Of a DNA stretch of 64,000 nt, positions 21,475 through 35,570 are shown one piece after another. Every line of letters starts with the position of its first letter. The stretch's first letter is position 1. The notes beneath the pieces were generated by a model that saw only the letters and a program-made list of their open reading frames with translations, had not been told where the DNA came from and did no database searches. Origin of the DNA: Bigelowiella natans CCMP2755 (lineage: Eukaryota; Protista; Cercozoa); contig ADNK01002519.1 of assembly GCA_000320545.1 (NCBI GenBank), positions 254,430 to 318,429 of the forward strand, in the 5' to 3' direction. Both the position numbers and the translations under genes were made by a program.

Positions 21475-23356
21475 TCATTCACCGAGGAAAACCTTCACTA
21501 CAGAATCTGCGCCACCGCTCGCCAAGAGTGGTGACTGTCGATGATGTGCCACGCAATGTATGGCCTCATCATATTTTTTACGGTGCTGGTTAGGATCCAT
21601 ATCAATGGTGATTCCCAAATTCCTTAGATCCCACACACGAATCGACTGGTCATGACTTGCAGACGCCATTGCGACGCCATTCGTATCGATAGAGACGGAC
21701 GTCACAGCATCAGTGTGAGCGTTTTGTTTCATATCTACGCACTTTCCAGCTGCTGAGTCGAAAAGCTGATAACTGCCATCCACATTCGCTGTGACGGCTA
21801 ACTCTAAGAATGGGTGCGAAACAATCTGCATTGCATGAGCTTTCGACCTACTTTCTAATACTGAGACGGCCTGGATGAGAACACAATGATGAAATCGGAT
21901 TACGTTTTTATTATCAAAGAAAGACGATAGGGAATGTCATTCTACCTTTGCGGTTTCGATGTCATACACGATGACTTCTCCGGAGACATGCGAAACATAA
22001 AGCTGTGAACCAGTCGGGCTCATTGTGACTGAATTCAAACATCATAAGAGTAAGCATACTGATTGATGTAACTTATCCCTCAACGGAATTACCTGATGTA
22101 GGTATCGATGATGCAGCTGCATACACACTCTTGTATTTTTTTTGAGCGTCAAAGTTTGCCTGTAATTCATAAACCATATCAAATTATGAACTATTAACAT
22201 CCTGAAAGTGTTTCTTGTCCCAACCTCCCATGCTGTGACAGATCCATCTGCGCAAGCTGCGAAGACAAGCTTGCCTCCAGTACAAACACTCCAAACAGCT
22301 TCATCATGTTCAAAGCAGTTTAATGTAAAAGGGCTCATTGTCCCATATGGCGTATACCTAAAATACGTTCATACTTTTAGTGATAGCTGTATGTGTACGA
22401 GGTGTAGAAATTCCTCACTGTGTCTGCTTTTTTGTTGGATATCCATACAAGAAAACTTTTCCATCGACACCGGCAGATACGACGAGTTTTTCCGTAGCTG
22501 CTGTTGATGTCACCATGCCTTGATGGCCTCGGAATGTATAAACCGGTTCCTGTTTTTTCGACGCTTTTTTCTTCTTAATCAATTTTTCCATATCCCACAA
22601 CTTTGCGGTCCCATCTTCTGCACCCGATACCAGGAGTGGGAGCTTTGGGTGGAAGGATACCGATCGTACTCCATCTAAATGACTTCTCAAATGGCTCATC
22701 CCTTTCCATTTGTGCTGTGATTTCGTCTCTAATTCGCGGAGTTTTGTGTAACCACTCGTGATCACAGCTCCACCTTGATCTTTTATTGATTCCTTATTAT
22801 TCGCCGGATCTTGAACTTCATTCTCGATTTTGATGTCCAGGTTCGTGCCGTTATCATCTTCATCAACTTCCTGAATAACTGTGTCATCTGCAGCAATCGG
22901 TATCCCTGTTTTCTTCACAGAAGGTTCAAGAATGATCTTGTCTTTAGAACTAGACATCAAGTCCGCCATAATTTCACGCACACTTTCAGCAGTCATCCGT
23001 GCTTTAGGCAAGTATGTAGGCAATGTCCTCCATTTGGCTTTCCGGAAGGTCTTCAGATCAATCGATCTGCCATTCCGTCTGAGATTTTCCTGACCACTCA
23101 AGACATTGCTGCTCTTTTTCGTGAGTGAATTCTCTAGAAATTTAATTTTCTGTACAAGTTCTTTCTCTACTTTCTTATGCATCTCTATCGAATCCTGGAG
23201 AGCCTTCACTTTGCTCTCAAGTTGCGCTTTCTCCAAAGACCAGTTAACCCGCTCGTCATCAACCTTCTTCCATGCGACAAGTATGGTATCGATCGCATCT
23301 TTCACATTTCCCGGCGGGGCGCCAAACATGTAGCCCACACCACCGTTTTCGGCCAT
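21475..23356 (-). CDS. STRN: Striatin-family WD40 protein (PP2A regulatory subunit / STRIPAK scaffold); about 5 exons
   Basis: N-terminal coiled coil WKKVDDERVNWSLEKAQL; WD40 region LRSHLDGVRSV, EPVYTFRGH, ASHDQSIRVWD, HRKKYDEAIHCVA, LASGGADSVVKVF. Confidence 0.88.
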
Positions 23357-23678
23357 TGTAGGGGGGGGGGAAGAGGGAGATCTTAGTCGGTTTGGTGATC
23401 TTTGAGAATCAAAGTGCGACTTTCGATGGTGGAGAAGGGTATTTCATTCTTGTATAGCGACAATTATACCTATTTTGTCGTAATTTATGTTTCTTCTACA
23501 TCACAGGCTTTTGATTAAATTTCACACGTGATACTGCGCTGGAAGATCTCATTTTTGTGTTTTGTACCTATTTTTCGTACTCTCAAACGTCTTGATAAAA
23601 TAGTTGTCGTTCTTCAATTTTAGATTGCTATTATTCATCTTGCGCACGAAGCCCTACGATTTCTGCTGCACCGCCGCC

Positions 23679-25179
23679 ATGAATGTAATAACCTGTCTTT
23701 CAAACAAGCTTCTGGCTGACTTTCACGCAAAACAGAAAATAAGATATTATTTTTCTCTTTTAAAGCATCATAAATGAAGACCTTTGTTAATTTTATCAGA
23801 AATGGTATATATAATGTTGTCGTTCCTCTGTATTACAACTGATATTTCAAAACAAATAAAATGACATAGCTGAACGATTCGGCGACCATAGTCCTTCCAT
23901 TTCTCCAATAAGTTGTATTTACCAAGCTTTTTTATTCCAGAAATATGGGGGATTATTTCACAAAGATGAATTGGAGTTAAGCCCAAAAAAATACAGCTGA
24001 GTTTTGAATTTATAGAGAACATATGTTTAATCCTGATAACGACACACAAATTTTATTGTCGCAAATATTCCCTCACAACCATATCCAAGTCGTCATCGCG
24101 GAGTGAGAAGCCAGAGCCCACGATGCAGGATTTTGGGGAGGTACGCAGTGAAGTAATGTGATTGTGAGTTGCAGAGTCACGACTTGTTCGAAGTAGGGTG
24201 TTTGATAGGGGAGGGATGTGTTTTCCCCTGAAAATAGGGAAGTTGAGTTGTCTTCTCCCATTAGATTTATTATTTTAGCCTGATATTAAAAGGTACATGA
24301 AAAGAGAGATGTCAAACATCACGAACTACCTCAATGAAGTTATCTTGTACTTCTTAAATTATTTCTTATCCTTTACATCTAGCTCGTACTTGTCATGGGC
24401 GATCTTTGCATCCCAAATAGAAAGGGAAAGCTGCCAGAGGAATTCAAAGCGCTACTGGTATGATGATCGCAGACATCCAGATTTCACCTTATCATCATCT
24501 TTATCATCGCCACCACCGCCGCCATCACCATTATCGCTATATGTTTATGTTTATATTCTTACCAACACCATTCAATAAATTCAATAAATAGGTTCCCGGA
24601 AAAATCAAACACGTGCTCTGTACGGGGAATGTGTGCTCGAAGTCAATGGAGCAGTACCTTCGCAATCTCGTCGTGGGAAACGCAAAAAATGTTCATATTG
24701 TAAGAGGGGACATGGACGATAACAAAACTTATCCAGAAGAAACAGTGGTCACTATTGGGGGTTTCAAAATTGGTCTCTGCCATGGCCACCAACTCGTTCC
24801 TACTGCTCATGTAGAGAGTCTCCTGAACTTACAAAGGAGATTGGATGTGGACATTTTGATTACTGGGCACACTCATCAAACGGAGGTTTACGCAAACGAT
24901 CAAAAGTACCTCATCAACCCTGGCTCCGGAACTGGAGCTTCGACATACAACGGGTATTGCATTATTATATAACGATTTATCATTGCTCTTAAATATAAAC
25001 AATATCTGACTTCGACAATGCGTCTTTTCAGAAAAGCGAGCATTCCAAGTTTTATCCTTATGGCAATCAAGGGCAATAACGTAGTAACCTTCGTCTACGA
25101 ACTTAAATTTGACCCTGAGACTAATGAGGCAAAGGTTAAAGTGTCGAAAAGTGAATTTTCGAAAGAACCTGACGAGTAA
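23679..25179 (+). CDS. VPS29: Retromer subunit VPS29; 5 exons including two micro-exons
   Basis: MN|DFGE|[25 protein letters not shown]|[13 protein letters not shown]...VRGDMD...CHGHQ...GHTH...INPGSGTGA|..[20 protein letters not shown]. Confidence 0.93.
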
Positions 25180-25727
25180 TTGGAAAGTTATGTAAATCAT
25201 AATACTACGATATTTAGGGTTGAATACACGGTAATAGTAAGCGAGAAAATTAGTTTTCCTTTGAGTGATGAATTTGCAATGTGTGCGTGCTGGCTTGCGG
25301 CGGGTTCGGCACGTAGCTAGCGAAGCAAGTGGTGACCATTGTACGTGGCAGCTTCCTTGCGTGCCTCTAGACCTATCTATGCAAGCTATGCGCTATGCAA
25401 TTCAATGCATAAACTGTGCTGCATACTATAGCATAGCTAGCAAGACGCAAATTTCGTGTCGGAAACATCACCAAAAAGATGTATATATATCATCCGATCC
25501 GCGCTGCATATAGCCAGTCATCATGTTCGGCACATCTCTAGCATAGATTTATATTATTTAGACATTGTCTAAATCTTGCGTAGGCAATGCAAGGCGTGTA
25601 GAAGCTACATCTACTTCGCTACATTTACATGTAGAATCGCTGCGCTACACGCAGCTTATTTTAGTAACAGTCAGCCAAGTATCGTACATCGAATTTCCTC
25701 CGTACGTGGCTACCGGCATGATATTAT

Positions 25728-26462
25728 TTACAGATACATATTTTCACCTGCACCCTCAGCAGACTTCGCGTCGTCTTCAGTTTCCATTGAGACTGAAGCA
25801 GCAGCGTTCAGCGCGTCGTCAAAAGCAGCTAAAACCTTCGTTGCCAACGTCACGACTCCAGGATCCTGATGGAAGCAATGTGTATAAAGCAAAAGGATGA
25901 TTAGCACTTGCACGACGAACTACTAATTCAGTTCTTCTTACCTTATCTTTGAGCAATGTAGAGATCATTTTAATAAGCTTCTCCCAGCTGCCGGGGGACA
26001 CGAGCAACCGCGAAACGTAACATGGAGGTTGGAGAGGGGTGAGGGATCAACAAATAAGGCATCGTCTCAGAGCACAAAATATCAGCAGATAACATCTGTG
26101 CGTGTACGTGCGTTTATTCGTTTTGTTAGTTTCTCTATCTATCGTTCTCTTTCATAACCAGACCTTTTTCCCGGCATGATCACACCGAGCGGCTTTCCTC
26201 GCTCTCCCATCTTCATCGCCGCCTTCAATCCTGCTAGGCGTACAGCAGCGTACTTCTGATCTTCTAGGGCTGAGCAAACGGCATCCACGGCCTTTGCTGC
26301 ATCATCGCTGCTCAGTGCTGGGGCTCTGGTGCTTTGGCTGAGGTAAATGGACTCAAAAACGTAGACTAGTGCCTCGAGAGAAGCGACTCGGACATTCCAT
26401 GTTGTACCAGTCTATTGGGGGGGGGGGACAAGGGGGGCCACAGAATCAGTGTTGCTTTGTGA

Positions 26463-26493
<31 letters not shown>

Positions 26494-26504
26494 TATGTGT
26501 GTAT

Positions 26505-26572
<68 letters not shown>

Positions 26573-28800
26573 AGCTTAGCCACAGTTGGGTCATAATAAG
26601 ATCTCTGAACGCTACTACTGCTGCTGCAACAATTGTCAGTGCACGTCCTTCCCTTCTTCCTCCTCCTCCTCCTCCGCCCTGTTATATCTACCTGATGGCG
26701 GGCAATTGTGTTTATGACCCACTTGGAGTTGTCCAGCATAGTCCTATAGCTTCCAGGAAGTGAACGAGATCGTGGCCAGCTTTTGCCAAGGCACTTCAGC
26801 TTCGCCGCCCTTAACACGGGGTTAAATTCGTTGCTAGTGCTGCTGCTACCGCTACTACTGCTCTCTGTTTCTTCTCCAAGTCTCATCGTCTTTTTGGGAC
26901 TACTATGCTTATTATCATCATTATTACTATTGTTAGAATTATCATCAATGGCATTGCTGCTCCCCGGCTGCTCTAGCTTCTTATCTGTACCAGCAGAAGA
27001 TCTAGAGTTGTTGCTGCTGCTCCCATCGTCTGTTGTTTCCCCGTTGTTGGGCTGCAACGAGCCTATAGCGACACGGGCAGATGCGAACATGTCCTTGCTC
27101 GGAAGTGCATCAGCGAGTGTACCAGCGCAGGCAAGGGCTGAGAGTCGGAACTTACGACCCCCCCTCCCTGGCTCAGCCACGTAGTGGTGTATGGCTTCGA
27201 TGATGGAAGTCTGTGTTGCCCCCTCCAGCATCTCGGAGCAGTGCGTGAATAGAGAACCCGCGAGAGCGAACAACACAGATTTGTTGCTCCAGAAACGAGG
27301 ATTTTGGAGAGCTGTAAGCGTGAGGGAGATGATCCTTGGAACATGCTGTTTGAGGCGAGGATTCTTGGACTTCGCAGCAAGGGTGAGGGCATGCTCCAGT
27401 GCTGTGATCGACATCTTCTTGAGGAAGTACGAGGGAGATTGAAACATGGAGATGCACAACCCGATAACTTCCTCTAGATATAATCCTAACCCGTTCTCCA
27501 TGCCCGGTGTGCAATCATTCCAGCATTCTTCCCATGCCGCCTTTGTTTCCTTGTCCGGATCGTGAAGTGCTATGAAAGCGACTGGCAGCAGCTCCTTATC
27601 GTACCTTTTCGTCGCCTCCAGTGCCTTTGAAGCCATGTACTTGCACGTCTCTCCAGCTGCTAGCCTCTTTCTCTGTGTGCTCTCTGTGAAGTTATCTGGA
27701 AAGGAGAATACAAAGTCTTCGTCGTCAACGCCACCAATAGCGCCATCGCTCTTCTTCTTCCTTTTCAGCTCGGCGTTGGTATACAGCTTGACGACGTTCT
27801 TGACCACTCTTTCAACCTCCTTTGGCTTCGAAACAGCACAAAGCTGGCCGATTGTACGCGCGTACTCTTTCCTCACGGTAGCGCTGGGGTCTGACAGCCC
27901 TCTTGTGAATGCTCGCAGCATCTCCCCAGATGCTCGTTCGAGTGCATTCTTGCTCTCAGGCCCTGCGGCACCCATTCTTGCTTGCATGACCAGTCTTGAA
28001 GCAAACCTTGCACAGCCTGTCAATGTTGGTAGTCCAAGGCCTTGTCGCACCAGACCAGCAATCCCCGATGCAACCTACCAAGGCGCAGTTCCGATGTCAA
28101 TCATTGTGTGTGTATGTGTGTACACAAGCAATGAGATCCCCTCCCTCCCTCCTTCCCTCTCTCTCCCATCGTACTTCAAGATAGTTCAGAGCAGTTCATC
28201 ATCTTCTTCTTTTTTTTCCTCCTCCTCCTCCTAATCCTCCTCCTCTTTTTCTAGTACTACCTGCGGCACGGAAGAAGTGTCACCGACTGCAGCATCCAAG
28301 CACACATCCAGGGCCTCTTGCAAAGGCGACTGGGAGACTTGCTGCAAACGCAGTCTTTCTAGCTGTTCCTCCGTCAGGTCAATTGAAGCAGCATGAAATT
28401 GCATATACGATAAGGCTTGTGGCTCTAAGGTTGACATGGCGGAGAGCAGCCCTGTCACCAGTAGCTGCAGGTGCGGAGAGATCAAACGAGACGCTGCTTT
28501 GACAATTCGCAGTAAGGCGCCTACGGAAACACCCTGAACCTCCTGTACTTTGTGCGTCATGCCCTCCTCGCCAGCAAGGAGGGGGATCAGCACGTTGAGA
28601 GCGGCCTTTGCATGGGACGTACGGGTTCTTGTGGGGTTGGATAGGCGCTCAGAAAGGCTCGTGAGAGATCGTATCAGGAAGAAACCTGCAAGATGATGAT
28701 GATAATAATAATAATAATGATGATGATGATGATGAAACAGAACAAGAAGGAGAAGAAGGAAAATGAATAGAGGGATAACTGTTACCTAGACTGCTACTGC

Positions 28801-28833
<33 letters not shown>

Positions 28834-31800
28834 TACTAAAATACTACTACTACCAAATAGACCCACCCTCTTTCCTCACAGTCTCCTTCCTGTCATCAAT
28901 CAGCCTAAATCCCATCCTCCATATCATCTTGAGCTCCTCGATGATCTGCTCAGCCTTAACGCCATGAAGCAATGAAGCGGTAGCTGTAGCGGCAGACTGT
29001 CTAACCCTCCATTGCGACTTGCCCATGGCCCCGAGCAGTTCCTTCAGAATCGGCTTGAAATGACGGGCTTCTAAAGGACGCTGGCGGCCTGTCTTCCTGT
29101 CCACCATTAGGTTGTTCCAAAGCTCCTCCATCGACGCCCGAATCTTCGGGTCGGGATCATGCTTATATCGGAATAGCTTTGGAATGAGAAACTCCAGGCT
29201 GGGCCTGAGCCGCTCAGAGGCCTTTAGTATCGATCCGAGAGAAAACGCTGCTCCCGACTTAGAATTCCATATTGAATGGTGTGCGGCGAGATCCATAAAC
29301 TCGTAAACAAGGTCGGGCTGACCTATATCCGTCGCCATCGTGCAGAGCTCCGCATACGTTGCCATCTTCCCACCGCCGCTTGAGGAAGAGGAGGAGGAGG
29401 ATCCGACCCCCACTTTGATCTCTGTATCACCTGTGACTTTGCGTGTGCCTGCTTTGAAGACATGAGACAGCGCGTCGATGAGCTCTTCCTTGGTCTTATC
29501 GTCGCCAATCTCGTAAAGTACAGCAAGGCCTTTGCTTGCACACTCTTGTGTAAGTTGCCGGGACTCTGTAAGCGCGACAGAAAACGCCTTCTGGATGCGT
29601 TGGGCGCGGTCAAGAACGGCTTTTCCGTTTTTCTTACTAGTCTTCTCCTCTATCATACTGCTGCTGCCTTTGTCTCCTTTCTCCCCCCCCCCCTCCCCTC
29701 CTCCTCCTTCTCCTCCTCCATATTTAACTAGACAGAGCAGCCACGTGCATGCAGATGCGCGCTGGATCTGGCTCCCTTGATTGATGTGGCTTGAGAGGAT
29801 TCGATCGAGGATATCACCCATCCCATCACCTGCCGGACCTCCAGCGACATCTACGAGCGCCTCCCCCACTGCGAAATGTAGTTCCTCGTGAGAGCTATTC
29901 TTGAGGCTGATGAGCCCATCAAAGCCTCTGCGTCTCCAAATCGGCCTGTTATCGCCCTTGACTATCTTCCCAATGGCTCTCACGGCCTCTTCTGGAACCC
30001 TGGCTTCACTCCGCCCCCCATTCTTCTTCACTGTACTAGCGCTCAGCCTTGCTAAGCGGCGGAATATAGCACAACGATCTGCTGCCTCCGCGGATGTTAT
30101 CTTCGCCTCGAAGCGAAGGCGTTTCTCTGTCCAGTATGCATCATCTTCCTTCTTCTCTTTCTTCTTCTCCTTTTCCTCATTCCCGCTGCTATCCTTCGTT
30201 GGCTTGGTTGCAGTAGCAGTAGTATCCTCCGTTTTGCCTCCTTGATCATCTTCTTCCTTCTCCCAACGTCCCTCGGGGAGGGGGAGGGGTCCTATAGACC
30301 CCATTCTCTGGAAGCCCTTGCAGCACTGCGAACCCACCATTGCGGAATGATGGCTGAGAAGAACGGCCATCGAGGCACACATCCGCTTCACCAACTCGAT
30401 ACCTGTGTTGCTACTGCTGCTGCTACTGCTCTCCATTTTGCCATCGTTCGTAGGTTTGTTGGCCGCTTGTGACGACAGCAGCAGCTCTGATGCGACCACA
30501 CATCCACCAAGCAACGCTCCAACGAGAGCCCCGGTATCAACAGAGAGGTCTTCCAGCTTGGAAGGGGGGTGGGAGCAGGGGAGAATGCTGCTCTGCATCA
30601 AGTCGATTTGTTGTGATATTTCAGAGGGCTACATATGCATGCAGCATAACGACGACGAGGACCGAGGAGGCAGGGGCAAGAGATAACAAGGCCAAATAGA
30701 CCAAAATGAGAAGAAGTAATGAGATTATTGGGAGAAATCATATCAGCAAGGACGATGGAGGGGAGGAGGAGGAGGAGGAGGAGGAGGAGGAGGAGGCGCT
30801 AGAGAACAGCAACAGCTGTTGCAGTAATGATAAAACTTTTAGACAATTGGAAAAAAACGAAACCAACTACTACTACACTAACAACAACAACAACTACTAC
30901 CACTACCTCATTTTGGAGAGCCTTGAAGAAGAGGAGTAGAATACCCTCGGACGAAGCGACTAATTTGGGTGATTTCTCCACGATTTCGCCCAGCACGGCA
31001 TAGGCAGCGCCCATCAACTTGGTTGAGACCTGCACACGTTGCTCCGTTTTCTTCTCACTCTCGAGCGCCGCAGCTACATTCGCAGGAGCTGGCCTCTTCT
31101 TCGCTTTCGTCGCCTTCTGCTGTTTGTATAGCTGAACCAACGTCAGCATGAATTTGAAGTAATTACGACAAATGAGACTCAATGAGCGGCCTGAAGGCAT
31201 GTTCCTCAAACTCCAACGAAGATACTCAAGGCCTTCCAATCGAAGCTTCTCGTTGGACGAGGCGCCAGGAGATAGCACTGCTTGAGCAACGAGCATGATG
31301 CTATCTGCTGCACGCATTGCTGCCACTTTTGACTGACACAGATACCGCAGCACCAACGCACGTAGCCTCAGGTGCACGCTTCGACGTCTCTTTGCCTTAG
31401 GAATTGCAGATGTCTTGCTGGCTGCTTGGGCGGTCGCCGTGTCACCTAGGAACATTCGTAGCAACACCGTCGTGACCCTGGCTTTCGAATCGTCGAGGGA
31501 GAAGAAGGAAGTTGCAGCGGAGGAGATACCTGTGTGGATGATGATGATGATGATGATGACGATGATGATGAAGACTAACTACTGATGCTGCTGCTGCTGC
31601 TGCTGCTTCTACTCTTACAAGTACAACTCCTTCCCCAATAATTCCTCCTCCTCCTACTACTACAACCTCTACGACTACTATATTTCCAATGGTGCATTAT
31701 TACCACCCATACGTCTTAGGTAGCTGTCAGCATCTCCTGGGAGTCTCGAATCGCTCCCACCACCACTGGCACATGCAGACAAAATGATTGGAAGCGATTC

Positions 31801-32863
31801 TGATGCTGGAATTATGCCTGATATTGCAAGACTGAGAGCGCCACGTTTCAACGCTGCCAGACGAGACTTCAGCTCCGCCTCCTTTCCTACTGCAGTTGAG
31901 CTGCTGCTGCTGCTGTTCTCTAGGGTCAAGAACAACGGGCAGACTGGCATGGAGTTGATGAGGTATTTGAGTTGCTTGAAACCCTGTTGTTTATCAGCAC
32001 CACCACCACCAGCAGCAGCATGCATCATCACCGTCAAACTAAGCATTCTGATGATGACATAATAAATCTACTCGTACGATGTTCACGCAATTCTCCCCCC
32101 CCTCCTCCTCATTGTTATTACATATTGCTAGGTTATCATCGACACATTCACCGTCAGTAGTAATAGCGCACGTATGATACCTCTGCGCTTAGGCCTGGGC
32201 AAGGCAAACCCTGAGATACACCGACGAAGTTGTCCGAATACAGCATCAGATTTAGAAGATGAGAGCTGAGAGCTTCCAAATCAGCACGATCTAACGCCAA
32301 TTCACGAGGCAATTCTTTCGAATCATGGCCTTTCGACTCTGGTCCTGTTTTTCCAATACCTTCGTGCTGTGCTCCTTTTTCTCCTCCTTCTTCTCCTGGC
32401 GACCTTGGGGTTAAGAACGCAAGTGCTTGCGCGACGTTGTTCCCAGGGCTCCCTCCCCTCCAGTCAAATGCAGGAAGTGCTGTAGCAACAAGGTGCAGCA
32501 CTTGCAACCTTAGATTTTCGCTTTTGATTTTAGAAACGCCTTTTAACAGTCGCGGCAAGAGCTGGGACCGACGGTCAGAGTCGAGATCCTTCTTGGGAAA
32601 AGCCTTGGCTAGACATGTCAGGCACATGCTTTTTGTTACCCCGGATGATGCGGAGAGGTACACATCCATAATGTTCTCCACTGGAAGGACGACAGATTCG
32701 TTTTGAGCCTCTTTTAGCCGAGTGAATATGTGCTGCAGGACCCCAACTACCTTCGATTGTATCTTCACGCTGGGCTTGTCTAACATCGGTAGCACCTTTG
32801 GCAAGACCCTCACTACTGCTGCTCCAAATTTTTCTGTCGGAGTTGTAGCGAACCGGAACATAA

Positions 32864-32902
<39 letters not shown>

Positions 32903-33211
32903 CAAAATTTACAAGTGCAAATCGTCAGGCAATCGTCAACAAGCAGCATTATTGGTTAATAACTAGAGATTGATGTATTTTGCAAAGAGGGAAGGCAATT
33001 TTATAATAGAAATCGATTTACTGAATAGAAATAAATGCAACGATCTCCCTCGATGGTGGGTTCGAATGAGCAACGAAAATAAAAAGTGAAAAGGAGCGAC
33101 GCAGCAGAGCTGTCTTGCCATCCACCTCCCACTATATTTCTATCATTTTGTCCTTTTGATGAAGGGGGTGAGAAACCGTATCTAGGGCTTCGATCTGAGT
33201 TGTCTCCTCGC
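25728..33211 (-). CDS. ECM29: Proteasome adaptor ECM29 (HEAT repeats); multi-exon, first exon uncertain (may extend to about 33471)
   Basis: N-terminal QIEALDT|IMFRFA...LPKVL...KVVGVLQHI; TYAELCTMATDIGQPDLVYEFMDLAAHHSIWNSKSGAAF; PKLFRYKHDPD; WRVRQSA; MSTLEPQALSY. All are typical ECM29 blocks. Confidence 0.9.
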
Positions 33212-33658
33212 TAGAAAGAGAGGAAGTCATCGTAGCAGCGCAGTGAATGCTTCCACCCCCGTCTCCTTCCTAACTTGGTTTGTGGTTCCACGAGCTTTCC
33301 GAGATTCCTTTGGGTTCCGAAGAGAACTCGATGGGTTCCGTAGAATTCCTTCTGGCAAAAAATATACGATGTCCTTAGGATAGATGATACGATTGTTTGT
33401 TTCAAAGCATTATCTTGGACTAATTTATCCTGCGACAATGATAAGAGTCTGTCGTATTGCTGAATTTGCATATGTTCTTGGATTCGTTGAATATGTTGGG
33501 AGTATTAAACGCTGATTGTTTCTTACCCGCCACCTTCCGTAACCAGCCCCTCCCCTGGGCCGATTTGAACGGGACAATCAGCTGATACAGGATCATTTCA
33601 GGACCACTACTGCATGGCTTATCATTGGACCGATTGAAGGTGGAAAAATCTCGGAGTA

Positions 33659-35531
33659 ATGCAGATTTACCTGGAAGAGATACCTGCGGACGCACCAGAG
33701 ACCCAGACGTATAACAGCGACGATCGGCCTCCTGATGCAGCACCAGGCCCCCCTCTCGAGCAAAACCCAGAGGTCAAGGCGAAGACCCATAGAAAATGTG
33801 GTGTTGCAGCATTTCAGAAAGGCACCGTCGTCGAGATTGTGGGCTTGACGAAAGCCGTGCACTACAACGGGAAGATAGCGGTAGTGGCAACAACGAATAA
33901 GAATAAGAAGAACACACGTGAAGAAATAGAGTATCGTGTTGGAATGAAAGGGCTTGGGGAAGAGAATAATTCAACTGTATTGAAAACTAGTGCATTCTCT
34001 AGCATCTCGATGGCTCATTCGCAGCAGCTTGACATGCTTGTTGAGGAAATGATTTAGAATAAACTTCTGTATATAACATTGTGTCTTGTATTCTGTTCCT
34101 AGACTATTGATAGCGCACAACCGACGCAAGATGGACGTTGGGCCGTCCTCATCAGCAGCGATAAGCGATTCAAACTCAAAGAAGAAAACCTCAAATTTGT
34201 CAAGAACCCACCCCCCGCTTCTAAACCTGTACAACGTGAGGCTGCCAAGAAGAAGGATGACAATGGCGCTCTGATGCTGCAGAAGATGCATTCGGTGAGG
34301 AAATAACAAGAAGGAGAATAAGAGAGAAGGCCATATTGGATAGGCAAAATAGTGACTTTTTCTTCTTTCGCTATCTGTTGTAGTATATGTGTTAATGTTA
34401 TACTATGGTTTTTCTTCAACAAGAGGACAACAACAACAGCCTTTTCATGACGACGCCTCGATACTACCACCACCTTCCTATTGCTGCTCCTCAATTTCCT
34501 CCAACAGGTGTATGCCTCCGGTATTTTCGGCGAGGATTCAAAGTCTCAAGCCGCGTACGGTGAGATACATCGTAGCAGAAGCCATTTACAAACATACGCT
34601 GCTGCCCCACAGCAATCAAAGCGGCACGAAAGAAGCACAAGAAGATCGCAAGGATAGCACGCACTAGTATAATGAGTATTCTGAAAGAATCTCTCTTTCT
34701 GCTGCAAGTACTTGACATCGTCTTCTTCTACTTCTCCTCCTCTGCTATTGCTGTTGCTGCTACTGCTGTCATGCTAGGCCTTGTGTTTGATTACCTTGAT
34801 TCGGAGTGGAAACAACATCTGGACAGAGTGGGCTTTCGAAAACGCTTCGAGTGCGTGGAGCCTTGCTAGAGAAGAGAGAAAAAGACAGAGACCATCGCAC
34901 ATGCAAACAGTTTGCACTTGTTTATTGTGCGAGTACAGCCATGTGCATGCCTGTTCCTGTCTCTTTTTTTCTTTATTTCCAACACATAATCCGTCGTTGT
35001 TATTGTTGTTGTTATCAGTGAAATGGGAGAGGGATTGCGAGAGCTCTGGACGACTTTTATACGGCGTATGCATAAGCTATCCAACAAGGGCCTCAAGAAT
35101 GTATACGATGTTCTGAAGACACAAAAATCGAGGTGAGTAGCTGTGGCGGGGCATGTTACAACTGAATGATAGTCTGCGAGAATGAATATGTTTTCCTGTT
35201 TTGCCTTTCAATCTAACCTGCTGATTTCGCCACGAAACAGAGCTATAGTAGATGTCGTCGCAGATGTGTGATTGGGCTATGTTTTCATCCCACAATCAAC
35301 GTAAATAGCTTTTCCGGAGAGGGTCTGACAGGAATGGAGCTTTTTGCAAGAATGCAGACATGTAATAGTAGTTTCATCGATCGCACTATTGTTGTTTTTG
35401 AGCATTTCTGGCATTCCCACCCCCGTCCTCTATCGCTTGTTTCCCCTGAATGTCAAAGAGAGTTTGGACAATGAGCAACCTGTTTCGAAAAGAAAATGAA
35501 TTTTTTCTATTTTATAAATATAACGAATCAT

Positions 35532-35570
<39 letters not shown>

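Noticed and set aside
26783-30686. Long plus-strand ORFs opposite ECM29
   Set aside because: Antisense to well-supported ECM29 exons.
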